Positions 1 through 9,792 of a stretch of 64,000 nucleotides of DNA are shown piece after piece. The translations under genes were made by a program, and so were the position numbers. Position 1 is the first letter of the stretch. Each line of letters starts with the position of its first letter. Below the pieces are notes generated by a model. The model saw nothing but the letters and a program-made list of their open reading frames with translations, ran no database searches and had not been told where the DNA came from. The stretch comes from an uncultured Bacilli bacterium (GTDB lineage: Bacteria; Bacillota_I; Bacilli_A; RF39; UBA660): positions 544,636-608,635 of the forward strand of contig CAXHRJ010000001.1 in assembly GCA_964018915.1 (NCBI GenBank). Direction: 5' to 3'.

Positions 1-14
1 TGACAAAAGTAAAA

Positions 15-959
15 TTGAAGACAAGAAATGTCATCATTGCAGTTGGATGTGTTGTTGTTTTTATTGTTGCAGGTATTGGAATATTTAAATGGAAAAAGCA
101 ATTAGATCATCAAAAAACATATGAATACAAACTCCAAAAGCAAGGCTACTCTGAGGAGGATACAAACTATTTAATCGGGAAATTATCAGAAACAGAACTT
201 GATAAAATTCTAGAAGCTGAAACCGCTAATGAAAATTTACCTAAACTTATGAAAGAAACTTATTATCTAAAGAGAAATCATGATAAATACTTAACTTATA
301 GTGAAGCAAATCCTGATAAATCCCTAACAGATGTTGTTGCTATTATTAATGTAGGTGCTGATAAAGAATGGTATAGTGAATTTGTAAATACAGACGTTGA
401 AAAAGATTATCTAATGTTAACAAATAAGTTTCATCGATTAGGAGAAGAATATGATCCTGAAGATTTAGAAGATGTTAAGAATTGGTATGCTTATGGAAAT
501 GAACCTAAACTTAGAAGAGAAGCCTATCAGCAATTTATCGGTATGTATAATGCTGCTAAAAAAGATAATCAAGATATTATTATCAATTCTTCTTATCGCA
601 GTTATAAATATCAAGAAAATTTATATAATGAATATTTAAATTCTATGGGTCAAAAAGATACAGATGCAATTGCTGCAAGGCCTGGATTCTCAGAACATCA
701 AACTGGCCTAACCGTTGATGTTACTACTTATGGAGCTAATAATGATACCTTCGATACAACAGAAGAATTTGTTTGGTTACAAGAACACGCCCATGAATAT
801 GGATATATTTTAAGGTATCCAAAAGGAAAAGAATATATTACTGGTTATAATTATGAATCATGGCACTATCGCTATGTTGGAGTTGAAGCTGCTACTGAAA
901 TTCACAATCGAAATATTACTTTTGATGAATACTATGCATACTTTATAGAGGGTGAATAA
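15..959 (+). CDS. D-alanyl-D-alanine carboxypeptidase, peptidase M15B (VanY-like), N-terminal TM anchor
   Basis: C-terminal motifs SEHQTGL, DVT, YGYILRYPKGKEYITGY, WHYRYVG typical of VanY/M15B Zn carboxypeptidases; N-terminal hydrophobic helix. Confidence 0.8.
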   Translation: MKTRNVIIAVGCVVVFIVAGIGIFKWKKQLDHQKTYEYKLQKQGYSEEDTNYLIGKLSETELDKILEAETANENLPKLMKETYYLKRNHDKYLTYSEANPDKSLTDVVAIINVGADKEWYSEFVNTDVEKDYLMLTNKFHRLGEEYDPEDLEDVKNWYAYGNEPKLRREAYQQFIGMYNAAKKDNQDIIINSSYRSYKYQENLYNEYLNSMGQKDTDAIAARPGFSEHQTGLTVDVTTYGANNDTFDTTEEFVWLQEHAHEYGYILRYPKGKEYITGYNYESWHYRYVGVEAATEIHNRNITFDEYYAYFIEGE

Positions 960-963
960 ATAA

Positions 964-2190
964 ATGAAAAAAGGAAAAGAAAAAAGAAAAAAGAGTGTTA
1001 TCCTTTTCTTCGCTGGTTTTATATTATTATGGATAATAATTGGATCTATCCTTCTTTTATCACAAAATACACAGGATAAACTAAAAAAGAAAGGATATTC
1101 TACAAACGAAATTTTTGAAATTAAAACCATTTTAAATGAGAAAAATTTAAAAATACTTCTAAATTATAGTTATCATGAAAATGTTCTGCATATACTTAAA
1201 GAGGAAGAATTTAGAGAAAAGAATTTAAAAAAATACTTAGACTTTTTCTTCCAATATAAAACAGCAGATTCTTATGACGTTGTCTTCTTAGTCAATCATG
1301 GAAAAGACGATATTACCTATAATCCTGATATCCATGATATCTTAGCATCAAAAAATTTTAAAGAGGATAATCTAGATAGATATCTTAGTTATTATCAGGA
1401 ATACGAAATAAAAGGAGATTTCGTAGTAGTAGCTGTTAATCAAAATTTAGATAAGGAGAATATTTTTGTGGATGATACTATTTTCCTTTTTATGGAAAAA
1501 GAATATGCCCTAGCAAGAAATTTAGATCGTTACAAATCTTATTATAATGAACACCAAGAGTTAGAAATTGATGAAGTTATTACAAGAGTAAATAGCAATC
1601 TTGATAAAACCTTCTATCAAGATATAACCCCTACTGATTTAGAAAAAGAAAATCTCTTAATTGTTAATAAATTTTATTATTTAGATAAAGATTATGTCCC
1701 TGATAATTTAGTAACTATCTCTTCTGTATATGGTAGAGGTGAAATTAAAGAAGAAGCTTATAATGCATTTATTAAAATGTACAATGATGCTGCTAAAAAA
1801 GGATTATATCCATATATATCTTCACCATACCGTTCCTACAACAGACAAAATACACTTTATACCAACTATGTAAATGCAGATGGTATAAAAAATGCAGATA
1901 CTTACTCTGCTAGACCAGGATATTCAGAACATCAAACAGGATTAGCAATGGATCTTGGGACTGCCTCTAATAATGATATTGGCGATTTTGAAAATTCAAA
2001 AGAATTTGAATGGGTCAAAGAAAATGCTCATAAATACGGTTTTATTCTAAGATATCCTAAAGGCAAAGAATATATTACTGGTTATATTTACGAACCATGG
2101 CATTATCGCTATGTTGGGGAAGAAGTAGCAAAATATATTTATGAACATGATATTACGTATGAAGAGTATTATGAATACTTTATAAAATAA
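964..2190 (+). CDS. M15B (VanY-like) D-Ala-D-Ala carboxypeptidase paralog with N-terminal TM and internal NLDRY(L/K)SYY repeats
   Basis: Same C-terminal motifs (SEHQTGLAMD, YGFILRYPKGKEYITGY, WHYRYVG); tandem to the preceding paralog; repeated ~55-aa segments in the middle. Confidence 0.8.
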   Translation: MKKGKEKRKKSVILFFAGFILLWIIIGSILLLSQNTQDKLKKKGYSTNEIFEIKTILNEKNLKILLNYSYHENVLHILKEEEFREKNLKKYLDFFFQYKTADSYDVVFLVNHGKDDITYNPDIHDILASKNFKEDNLDRYLSYYQEYEIKGDFVVVAVNQNLDKENIFVDDTIFLFMEKEYALARNLDRYKSYYNEHQELEIDEVITRVNSNLDKTFYQDITPTDLEKENLLIVNKFYYLDKDYVPDNLVTISSVYGRGEIKEEAYNAFIKMYNDAAKKGLYPYISSPYRSYNRQNTLYTNYVNADGIKNADTYSARPGYSEHQTGLAMDLGTASNNDIGDFENSKEFEWVKENAHKYGFILRYPKGKEYITGYIYEPWHYRYVGEEVAKYIYEHDITYEEYYEYFIK

Positions 2191-2198
2191 AGAAGATT

Positions 2199-2885
2199 CT
2201 ATTGAATCTTCTTTTCTATTACTTTATGAACATCTATTTCTTTAGGTTCAAAATCTCCAATATAAGAATTTAAATTCTCAATTAATGATTCTATCAAATC
2301 ATTTCTACTTCTCCTATAAAAATTTACATTTTCTTTTAATTGAATGATTGCTTCATCAATTTCAGATAATAATGCTTGATTAGCTTGCATAGCTTCTTGG
2401 TTTTTATTTTTTTTATTCTGTAATTGCGTAGTATTCATTTCAATTTCTAACAAATCATGATTGATATTTCCACTATAATTTCCTAATAATTTTCTAAATT
2501 CTCTGCTTACATTTCTATACTCTACTAAACCAAGCATAGTACTTATAGCTGGAAAGCTTAACAAAACTTTTAAAATTGGAAATGTGGAAGGCTCTATACA
2601 TAAAGAAGAAAGGACTAAAGTAATGCCTATAAATCCTAGTCCACATTTTAAACCAAACGAAATAGCTTTTCTTAAAAATTGTCTTCTAAAACTTTTTTCA
2701 TTATCTAAATAGTATTTTATTCTTTGATATTTTTTTCTTTTGTAATGAAGAGACTGACCTTCTTTTTCATATTGTTGATCTTTTTTTCTTCTTTTCGTAT
2801 TAGTGTCCTCTATTTCTTTTCTTTTTTCTTCTAGCAGTTGAATCTTATGCTCTTCTTTTTCTATTTCTTCTAAGTATCTATCCAT
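2199..2885 (-). CDS. hypothetical membrane protein with flanking coiled-coil/charged regions
   Basis: K/E-rich N-terminus, two central hydrophobic helices, C-terminal coiled-coil-like sequence; no recognisable catalytic motif. Confidence 0.4.
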   Translation of the reverse strand: MDRYLEEIEKEEHKIQLLEEKRKEIEDTNTKRRKKDQQYEKEGQSLHYKRKKYQRIKYYLDNEKSFRRQFLRKAISFGLKCGLGFIGITLVLSSLCIEPSTFPILKVLLSFPAISTMLGLVEYRNVSREFRKLLGNYSGNINHDLLEIEMNTTQLQNKKNKNQEAMQANQALLSEIDEAIIQLKENVNFYRRSRNDLIESLIENLNSYIGDFEPKEIDVHKVIEKKIQ

Positions 2886-2962
2886 TTATCCCCCCAACTA
2901 TATTTTTACATTCCACTACTTCCATTATAACATAAAATAAAAAGCACAATGTGCTTTTTTAC

Positions 2963-3238
2963 TTAGTTCATAAATCCTGAACATTTTCCACAATCATTGT
3001 TGATAATTTGATTTTCTTCTGAGCAAGTATATCTTGGTGTATAAGTATGATTGTATACATGTTTGTTTACTACATGAGTATGAATTGGACAGATATGTGG
3101 TACTTCATGATAATACATTTTTTCTACGCATTTATTGATAACTGGTTCTACTACTTGTTCAGACATTTGTCTTTGGCAACAGTTACGTCCAGACATGTTC
3201 ATATTCATGTTTCTGTTGCAACAATTTTGATTAAACAT
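2963..3238 (-). CDS. His/Cys-rich small protein, CotD-like spore coat protein candidate
   Basis: Pattern VPHICPIHTHVVNKHVYNHTYTP resembles the His-rich VPHIHP..H..NVN.QH motif of Bacillus CotD; sporulation genes (spoIVA, spoIVFB) present in window. Confidence 0.45.
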   Translation of the reverse strand: MFNQNCCNRNMNMNMSGRNCCQRQMSEQVVEPVINKCVEKMYYHEVPHICPIHTHVVNKHVYNHTYTPRYTCSEENQIINNDCGKCSGFMN

Positions 3239-3319
3239 ATTATTTTCCCCCTTGTCTAATCTATCTTATGTGGAAACTAAAAAAAGGAATAAACAATTTC
3301 CTAGGAATTAAAAAAATAC

Positions 3320-4618
3320 CTAAAAAGGCATTTTTCCGTTTTTTAATTGTTTCATCATTACTTTCATTTGGTCAAACTGTTTTAATAATCTATTTACTTC
3401 TTCTACTGTTCTACCAGAACCACTTGCTATTCTTTGTTTACGAGTAGCTTTTAAACAATCTGGATGTCTTCTTTCATATGGCGTCATGGAAAGAACAATT
3501 GCTTCAATATGAGCCATATCCTTAGGGTCTATTTTTACACCTCTTGCTTCTTTTGGTAGTCCTGGAATCATTTTAATTAAATTTTCTAAAGGCCCTAATT
3601 TTTTAATTTGTTTCATAGTACTTAAGAAATCCTCTAAATCGAATTTTCCTTCTTGCATTCTCTTAGCAGATTTCATTGCCTCATCTTGATCAATAACTTC
3701 CTCTGCTTTTTCTATCATGGTCATCAAATCTCCCATGCCTAGAATACGAGTTGCCATTCTATCTGGATAGAATTCATCTAATCCATCCATTTTTTCACTA
3801 ATACCAATAAATTTAATTGGAACATTTGTTAAATGTCTAATTGATAGAGCTACTCCACCACGAGTGTCTCCATCTAACTTTGTTAAAACAGCACCTGTTA
3901 AAGATAATCTTTCATTAAATCCTTCAATAACATTAATGGCATCTTGTCCTGTCATACTATCTACAACAAGCATTACTTCATGAGGATTTACTTCCCTTTG
4001 AATATTATCTAATTCTTCCATTAATTGTTCATCAATATGTAATCGTCCTGCTGTATCGATTAAAACATAATTATAATGGTTTTCTTTCGCATATGCGATT
4101 GCATTCTTAGAAATTTCTACTGGATTTCCTTTTCCCTCTGAATAAACATCTATATTTAATTCTTTACCAATTTGCTTCAACTGATCAATTGCGGCTGGTC
4201 TATAAACATCACAAGCAACTAGCAAAGGATTCTTCTTATACTTTTTACGTAACATACGAGCAAGTTTACCAATAGTAGTTGTCTTACCACTACCTTGTAA
4301 ACCTACAAGCATTAATACTGTTGGATTTCCAGTTGTACAAATATCAGCCTTCTCTCCACCTAGTAATTCTACTAATTCATCTTTTAATATTTTTACAAAC
4401 ATTTCTCCAGGCTTCAAAGATTTTGTAACTTCTTCTCCTAATGCTTTTTCTTTTACATTATTAATAAACTCTTTTACTACTTTATAGTTAACATCTGCTT
4501 CTAACAAAGCTAAACGGATTTCTCTTGTTACTTCACTAATATTATCTTCTGAGATTTTGCCATATCCTTTAATCTTATTTACAGCATTTTGTAATCGATC
4601 TCCTAAGCTTTCAAACAT
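3320..4618 (-). CDS. ffh: signal recognition particle protein Ffh (SRP54)
   Basis: MFESLGDRLQ N-terminus, GLQGSGKTTT P-loop, DTAGR, Met-rich C-terminal M domain. Confidence 0.95.
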   Translation of the reverse strand: MFESLGDRLQNAVNKIKGYGKISEDNISEVTREIRLALLEADVNYKVVKEFINNVKEKALGEEVTKSLKPGEMFVKILKDELVELLGGEKADICTTGNPTVLMLVGLQGSGKTTTIGKLARMLRKKYKKNPLLVACDVYRPAAIDQLKQIGKELNIDVYSEGKGNPVEISKNAIAYAKENHYNYVLIDTAGRLHIDEQLMEELDNIQREVNPHEVMLVVDSMTGQDAINVIEGFNERLSLTGAVLTKLDGDTRGGVALSIRHLTNVPIKFIGISEKMDGLDEFYPDRMATRILGMGDLMTMIEKAEEVIDQDEAMKSAKRMQEGKFDLEDFLSTMKQIKKLGPLENLIKMIPGLPKEARGVKIDPKDMAHIEAIVLSMTPYERRHPDCLKATRKQRIASGSGRTVEEVNRLLKQFDQMKVMMKQLKNGKMPF

Positions 4619-4687
4619 TTTTCATCACCAGTCAATATTATATCATGAATTTGTATAGTTTTTCCACTATTTTCCCACAATAATACT

Positions 4688-5187
4688 AGGGTGATACTAT
4701 TATTTGCTTACTCATATTTATTTTAAAAATTGTAGAAAATGCTTTAGCAACTCTTAGAATCATTGTAATTGCCAATGGAAAAAAAGGATTAGGAGCTACT
4801 CTAAACTTTTTAATGGCCCTCACTTGGATTTTCTCTACTTCTTTGGTTCTTAAAAACATTCAAGAAAGTTTTCTAAATGTTTTAGCGTTTTGCCTAGGTA
4901 CTTTTGTTGGATCGTATATAGGCTCTATCATTGAAGAAAAATTAGCACTAGGTAGTAATATGATTATCAGCATAACAACTAAAGATAAAGAATCTATTGC
5001 AAAGAAAATTAGAGAGCTATCCTACTCTGTTATTGAACTAGAAGGAAAAGATAATAATGATGAGAAAAATATACTACTAATTCCTACTTCTAGAAAAAAG
5101 AAAAGAAAATTAATGCATTTCATTAAACGGATTGATAGGAAAGCTATTATCATTGTAGATAACGCTTATTCTGATACAAATTTATAA
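4688..5187 (+). pseudogene. 5'-truncated YitT/DUF2179-family membrane protein fragment (no start codon for the conserved upstream TM segment)
   Basis: Reading frame is open from a stop at ~4687 with no ATG/GTG/TTG until 4813. It encodes TM-like sequence followed by a C-terminal domain resembling the YitT C-terminus (DUF2179-like: ISITTKDKESIAKKIRELSYSVIELEGKD..ILLIP). The N-terminal multi-TM core is absent. Confidence 0.45.
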
Positions 5188-5828
5188 GCATTATCTGTAA
5201 TGATATACATATTAGTGTAAAGTGATTTTAAATCGTTTTTTTTATTAACAGTCCATACCATTTTCTTTTTTATACTTGTAATATCAGAAAATGCACCTTT
5301 CGAAACAGATAAAAATTCAAACTTAGAATAATCCTTATTCTTATTAATAATGTCACTTATTAGTAAACCAACTGGAAATTTGCACATATTTGTCGATAAC
5401 TTTACCAATTCATAACAAAAACTACATAAATAAATGTTTAAATTTTGATAAGTTATACACATTTTCTTTAAAACATCTACTTCATCATGGTAGTCACCAA
5501 ATTCTTTCTTTATATCCAATAGTATTATTTTATTACTTTCGACACTATCTAAAAATTCTGTTAAAGAAGATAAATAATAAGGTTTATCTTTAGTGCCAAA
5601 ATTTATTTTTTGCAAATCTTCTAATGTTTCAGATGCAATAAATTTTCTATTAAAGCCTAATTCAACAATAGATGAATTATGATAAATAATAAACTTTTTA
5701 TCTTTCGTAAGTCTAATATCTAACTCTACCCCATCTATATAATCTTGTTTTAAACACCAAAGTAAAGCTTCCTTTGTGTTCTCCTTAAATTCATGATTAT
5801 CATTGCCACGATGCGCAATAAATTTCAT
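5166..5828 (-). CDS. glycerophosphodiester phosphodiesterase (GDPD) family protein
   Basis: N-terminal FIAHRG motif and E..D.VELDIRLTKD motif of GDPD/PI-PLC-like TIM-barrel phosphodiesterases; 49 bp downstream of the HerA-like ATPase, same strand. Confidence 0.7.
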   Translation of the reverse strand: MKFIAHRGNDNHEFKENTKEALLWCLKQDYIDGVELDIRLTKDKKFIIYHNSSIVELGFNRKFIASETLEDLQKINFGTKDKPYYLSSLTEFLDSVESNKIILLDIKKEFGDYHDEVDVLKKMCITYQNLNIYLCSFCYELVKLSTNMCKFPVGLLISDIINKNKDYSKFEFLSVSKGAFSDITSIKKKMVWTVNKKNDLKSLYTNMYIITDNAYKFVSE

Positions 5829-5876
5829 ACTATCACCAGTTAAAGTATATGAAAAAAAAGATATTTCTATCTTTTT

Positions 5877-7634
5877 TTAATGTGTCCATCTACCAACTAC
5901 ATCAGCATTACTACTATATGGTTCTGGATTTGGAAGTGGCATTCTTACAATCATTGGTATTTTAAGTGCTCGTCCGAATGCTACACAAGTACCAGGTTGT
6001 AAGCTCTTCTGTTTCTCCATAATTTCAGCGCTCATATTTGGAAGCATCTGTCTAATATACTCTAAGTCTTTTGGGTGGGTCATCTTAAATATCAAGAAAT
6101 TCGTTAACTGAGAGATAACGGTTTCAGATAATTCTACTGGTCTTTGTGAAATTAGAATCAAAAGCAAACCGAACTTACGTCCCTCTTTTGCAATTCTTTC
6201 AAAAATATTATATCCAAGTAAGAAATTATCATTATCATTTTGTACATAACGATGCGACTCTTCTAATACAATATGAAATGGAATAGAAGCTCTCTCATTT
6301 AATCTCTTAGTAAAATCAAATAATAATTTAGAATAAATCTTAACAATGGTTTTAGCTACCCTATCATCAGCATCCTCCAAATTGAAGTTAACTAACTGGG
6401 CTTTTCTACCATTTTTAGTAACTAAAGATGCAACATAATTTTCCATATTAATATATTGTGGATAAGAGAAAAATTCTTTTGCTTCTCCGATTGCTAAAGA
6501 GTGAAGTCTAACTTTTAAAGTAATAGCTTCATTATATAATCTTTCATTTCTAAGTAATCCTTCAGAAATAAGAGTAAATTGTAAAGCCTTTTCCATATCA
6601 TCTAAGGTAAAGAAATGATCAGCGGTTGGCTCATATTTTTCAAGATTTTCATCAATAAATGAAGTAATATACTGTGTAATTAAAACGCTTTCTGTAAATT
6701 GTCCTGAGGTATCAATTAAGAAACATTCTCTAAACTTTCTTACATAACCGATTCCCTGAACAGGAGCTTCTAAGTTGAATTGATCTGTTGAACAACTTGC
6801 TAAAATAGAGAAAATATCATTTCTTTTACTAGCCGATGTTTGGTTCGTATACATAATATCCATAATAGCTTTAGCTATTAAATGATTCTTATAACGGGTA
6901 CTAATATCTCCATCTGTTGCAAATACACGTACCAATTTCAACATTCTTTCAATAATTGGTAATTGAGAATGTCTTTCTGCATTCAAAAGCAACGCAAAGT
7001 CATCTAGATTCAAAAGCCATAAAGGAATTCGAAGCATCTCTCCATCTTCATTTAATTGAGCTTTATTAGTTGTATAGAATTTAAAATTATAGTTTGGGTT
7101 AATTTGATTGATATTTCTAAAAGCATTATGATATTCTCCATAAGCATCAAAAATCATAAAATTAGATTTATATGGTACAAACTCTGGATTATAAAAAATA
7201 CTTTGAATAAATCTGGCAACTCCATAAGATTTACCACTACCAGTATTACCAAAAATTGCCATATGATTACTACATAAATCATTAATATCTACCATTACAG
7301 GCATATCTTCATAAAGAGGACTCATTCCTAGTAATAAAGAACCTTCACCTTTTTCACCCATAATAATTTTTAATTCATCTGGTTCAATAATTCTAGTAGT
7401 AGCTGTTAAATTAGGCTTTCTTAAAACACCTCCGATGAATTTACCATCTGCAAGTTCTCCTAAAAAGCGAATCTTAATAATTTCATTAGATACATCTTCT
7501 ACTTCCCCAAGTATTTTCTTTTCTTCATCTTCAAAAACCACATGCATATTCATTAAATTCATAATGACTGGTGCTTCTTTTGGTATTGATACATGTGCTA
7601 CATTATCACTAATATACACTATTTTTCCAAACAT
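5877..7634 (-). CDS. HerA-like (DUF87/COG0433) ATPase with N-terminal HAS-barrel-like region
   Basis: Walker A GNTGSGKS, Walker B-like HIVLEESHRY, overall length and layout of bacterial HerA/DUF87 ATPases; starts 16 nt after ylxM stop. Confidence 0.7.
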   Translation of the reverse strand: MFGKIVYISDNVAHVSIPKEAPVIMNLMNMHVVFEDEEKKILGEVEDVSNEIIKIRFLGELADGKFIGGVLRKPNLTATTRIIEPDELKIIMGEKGEGSLLLGMSPLYEDMPVMVDINDLCSNHMAIFGNTGSGKSYGVARFIQSIFYNPEFVPYKSNFMIFDAYGEYHNAFRNINQINPNYNFKFYTTNKAQLNEDGEMLRIPLWLLNLDDFALLLNAERHSQLPIIERMLKLVRVFATDGDISTRYKNHLIAKAIMDIMYTNQTSASKRNDIFSILASCSTDQFNLEAPVQGIGYVRKFRECFLIDTSGQFTESVLITQYITSFIDENLEKYEPTADHFFTLDDMEKALQFTLISEGLLRNERLYNEAITLKVRLHSLAIGEAKEFFSYPQYINMENYVASLVTKNGRKAQLVNFNLEDADDRVAKTIVKIYSKLLFDFTKRLNERASIPFHIVLEESHRYVQNDNDNFLLGYNIFERIAKEGRKFGLLLILISQRPVELSETVISQLTNFLIFKMTHPKDLEYIRQMLPNMSAEIMEKQKSLQPGTCVAFGRALKIPMIVRMPLPNPEPYSSNADVVGRWTH

Positions 7635-7649
7635 AAATCCTCACCCTTC

Positions 7650-7949
7650 TTATAATATTTCCAATATTTGTTTTAATATTGCTTCATCTTTTACACATTC
7701 TTTTATTTTTTCTGTTTTTTTATAAAATGCTAACTTCTCTTCATAATATTTCAATTTTTCTTCTATTGCTACTAATGTTTTATGAACTGCATTCTTACTA
7801 ATACCATTTAAATCTGCAATTTCTTGCAAAGTTAAATTCTCAAAATAGTAAGATTCAAATAAACTTTGCTGCTTCTCTGTAAGCAATTCTCCATAGTAAT
7901 CATATAATGTATTTAAATAAATAGTCTCATCAATCATAATAACTCCCAA
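7650..7949 (-). CDS. ylxM: YlxM/p13-like putative DNA-binding protein (sigma-70 region 4-like HTH) of the ftsY-ffh cluster
   Basis: ~100 aa, LTEKQQ..FE.YY.E.LTLQEIA....ISKNAV motif typical of YlxM; position immediately downstream of ftsY. Confidence 0.85.
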   Translation of the reverse strand: MGVIMIDETIYLNTLYDYYGELLTEKQQSLFESYYFENLTLQEIADLNGISKNAVHKTLVAIEEKLKYYEEKLAFYKKTEKIKECVKDEAILKQILEIL

Positions 7950-8254
7950 ATAGTAGAAACTAATGTAATCATTCCAAAAACTACATATAGAATTGCTAGT
8001 TTCTTCTTATTTGTTATTTTATAATGATTCCATGCCATCGTAAATAAAGTAAGAGATAGCATTGCATATAAAAGAGGCATTAATTCTTTTACAAATAGAG
8101 TTACTACCCCTGATATTAAAACACCGATTACAAAAACAATTTGTAATGTAATACTAATCGGTTGCTTCTTTGGTTTTAATTCAATAACTTCTACACTATT
8201 CATAACTACCTCACATATCTTTAAATAGACCATAGATATATTTTTCAATATCAA
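7934..8254 (-). CDS. small membrane protein (3 predicted TM helices)
   Basis: Hydrophobic composition only; overlaps ftsY stop and ylxM start, so may be co-transcribed. Confidence 0.35.
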   Translation of the reverse strand: MILKNISMVYLKICEVVMNSVEVIELKPKKQPISITLQIVFVIGVLISGVVTLFVKELMPLLYAMLSLTLFTMAWNHYKITNKKKLAILYVVFGMITLVSTIWELL

Positions 8255-9185
8255 ATGTTCTTAAGTCTTTTGCCTGTTCTCCCATTCCTACAAATTTAAC
8301 AGGTATCCCTAACGATTCTTTAATAGCAAGTACAATTCCACCTTTAGCAGTTCCATCTAGCTTTGTAAGAACGATCCCTGTAATATTCGTAATTTTTTGA
8401 AATTCTTTTGCTTGACTAATTCCATTTTGACCAGTTGTAGCATCCACAACAAGCAAAGTTTCATGAGGGGCTTCTGGTATAATTTTACCAATTACTTTAT
8501 TCATCTTTTCTAATTCATTCATAAGATTAGCTTTATTTTGAAGACGCCCAGCTGTATCAATTAATACAACATCGTAATTTTCATTTTTTGCCTTTGTTAC
8601 ACCATCATAAATTACACTAGCAGGGTCCGCATTTTCTTTGTAAATAACAGGGCATTCTGTTCTTTCTCCCCATTCAATAATTTGCTCTACTGCACCTGCT
8701 CTGAAAGTATCTCCTGCAACCAGTAATACTCTTTTGCCTTCTTCTTTTAACCTATGAGCAATTTTTCCAATAGTAGTTGTTTTCCCAACACCATTTACGC
8801 CAACAAATAAAACAACCGTTGGGTCCTCTTCCGCATAATTAATTTTACTTACCATAATAGAATTATCTACATAGATAATAAACATTTCATCAACAATGAT
8901 TTCTCTTAAATCTTCGCTGTTTTCAATGTTTTCTTTTTTAACTCTCTTCTTTAGTCTGTCAATAAATTCCATTACAGTATTAACACCAATATCTGCCATA
9001 ATTAATATTTCTTCTAATTCTTCAAAATATTCAGGGCTTACCTTTTTATATTTAGAATTCAAAAGACTAATTTTGGAAACAAATTCTTTTCTTGTTTTCT
9101 CTAGTCCTTTATCATAAACTTCTATTTCTTCTTTTTCTTGTTTATTAGTACTAAAAATATTTTTAAATTTATCAAATAATCCCAT
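8211..9185 (-). CDS. ftsY: signal recognition particle receptor FtsY
   Basis: GVNGVGKTTTIGK P-loop, DTAGR, TKLDGTAKGG SRP-GTPase motifs; short N-terminal A domain. Confidence 0.95.
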   Translation of the reverse strand: MGLFDKFKNIFSTNKQEKEEIEVYDKGLEKTRKEFVSKISLLNSKYKKVSPEYFEELEEILIMADIGVNTVMEFIDRLKKRVKKENIENSEDLREIIVDEMFIIYVDNSIMVSKINYAEEDPTVVLFVGVNGVGKTTTIGKIAHRLKEEGKRVLLVAGDTFRAGAVEQIIEWGERTECPVIYKENADPASVIYDGVTKAKNENYDVVLIDTAGRLQNKANLMNELEKMNKVIGKIIPEAPHETLLVVDATTGQNGISQAKEFQKITNITGIVLTKLDGTAKGGIVLAIKESLGIPVKFVGMGEQAKDLRTFDIEKYIYGLFKDM

Positions 9186-9271
9186 GCTGATTCCTCCTTA
9201 TAATGTTCCATTACCATTTTATCATAAATAAGTAAAAAAAGAAAAGATATTTCCACTTTTCTTTTCCACTA

Positions 9272-9715
9272 TTAAGCAACTTTTTTCTTCTGCTTTTCTT
9301 TATCTTCTACTTTTGTTACTTCCCCTAATTCTATTATCATTTTACTTGGAATATGATAAGAAAAATTTATAGCTAAATGTGTATCTGCCATATCATAGAA
9401 AGTATCGTATTCTTCCATTTTACAACCGATTGTTTCTTCATCTTGCTTATCTACTGTAAATCCATAAAAACGCCCCTGTAATAAAAAATAATAATCTGCC
9501 ATATCCTCAATAGATAAGAGTTCTTTCGCAATCTCTCTATTATGTTTAGTAAATTCACTTTCTATAATCCAGTTAGGATTATTAGACATACAAGAATAGA
9601 AGGCAAAAATAAGTCTTAAAGTATCATCCATTTGAAAGAAACGGGAATGTCTATCTTTCATATTTACCTCCTTTAGTAGCGATTTTATAATAGTATATTT
9701 TTGAATATAAGTCAA
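9272..9715 (-). CDS. hypothetical protein
   Basis: ORF only; divergent from rnj; no recognisable motif. Confidence 0.35.
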   Translation of the reverse strand: MTYIQKYTIIKSLLKEVNMKDRHSRFFQMDDTLRLIFAFYSCMSNNPNWIIESEFTKHNREIAKELLSIEDMADYYFLLQGRFYGFTVDKQDEETIGCKMEEYDTFYDMADTHLAINFSYHIPSKMIIELGEVTKVEDKEKQKKKVA

Positions 9716-9792
9716 GTCAAACTAGACAAATGAAATAAAAAACGGTATAATGATATAGTTGAATTTGAGAAAAAAAGAAAGGAGAGAAAGTT

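Noticed and set aside
858-1130. Antisense/overlapping short ORFs from the six-frame track (e.g. 858-1130, 3047-3259, 5390-5593, 7056-7277, 7435-7725, 8896-9117, 10959-11174, 13881-14192, 15549-15812, 15997-16203, 17142-17378, 20959-21219, 24332-24517, 25802-26020, 26116-26364, 28276-28476, 28902-29090, 30740-30940, 32002-32211, 32784-32969, 33055-33390, 33439-33699, 35105-35434, 35592-35774, 38000-38287, 38560-38811, 43269-43451, 44497-44727, 46047-46283, 47687-47971, 49267-49479, 51318-51578, 52694-52882, 52965-53213, 54947-55267, 55649-55834, 56815-57027, 57988-58221, 58342-58758, 59454-59777, 59848-60069, 62032-62295, 63673-63864)
   Set aside because: Each lies inside or antisense to a well-supported gene, has low-complexity or hydrophobic composition typical of AT-rich antisense frames, and lacks RBS context.
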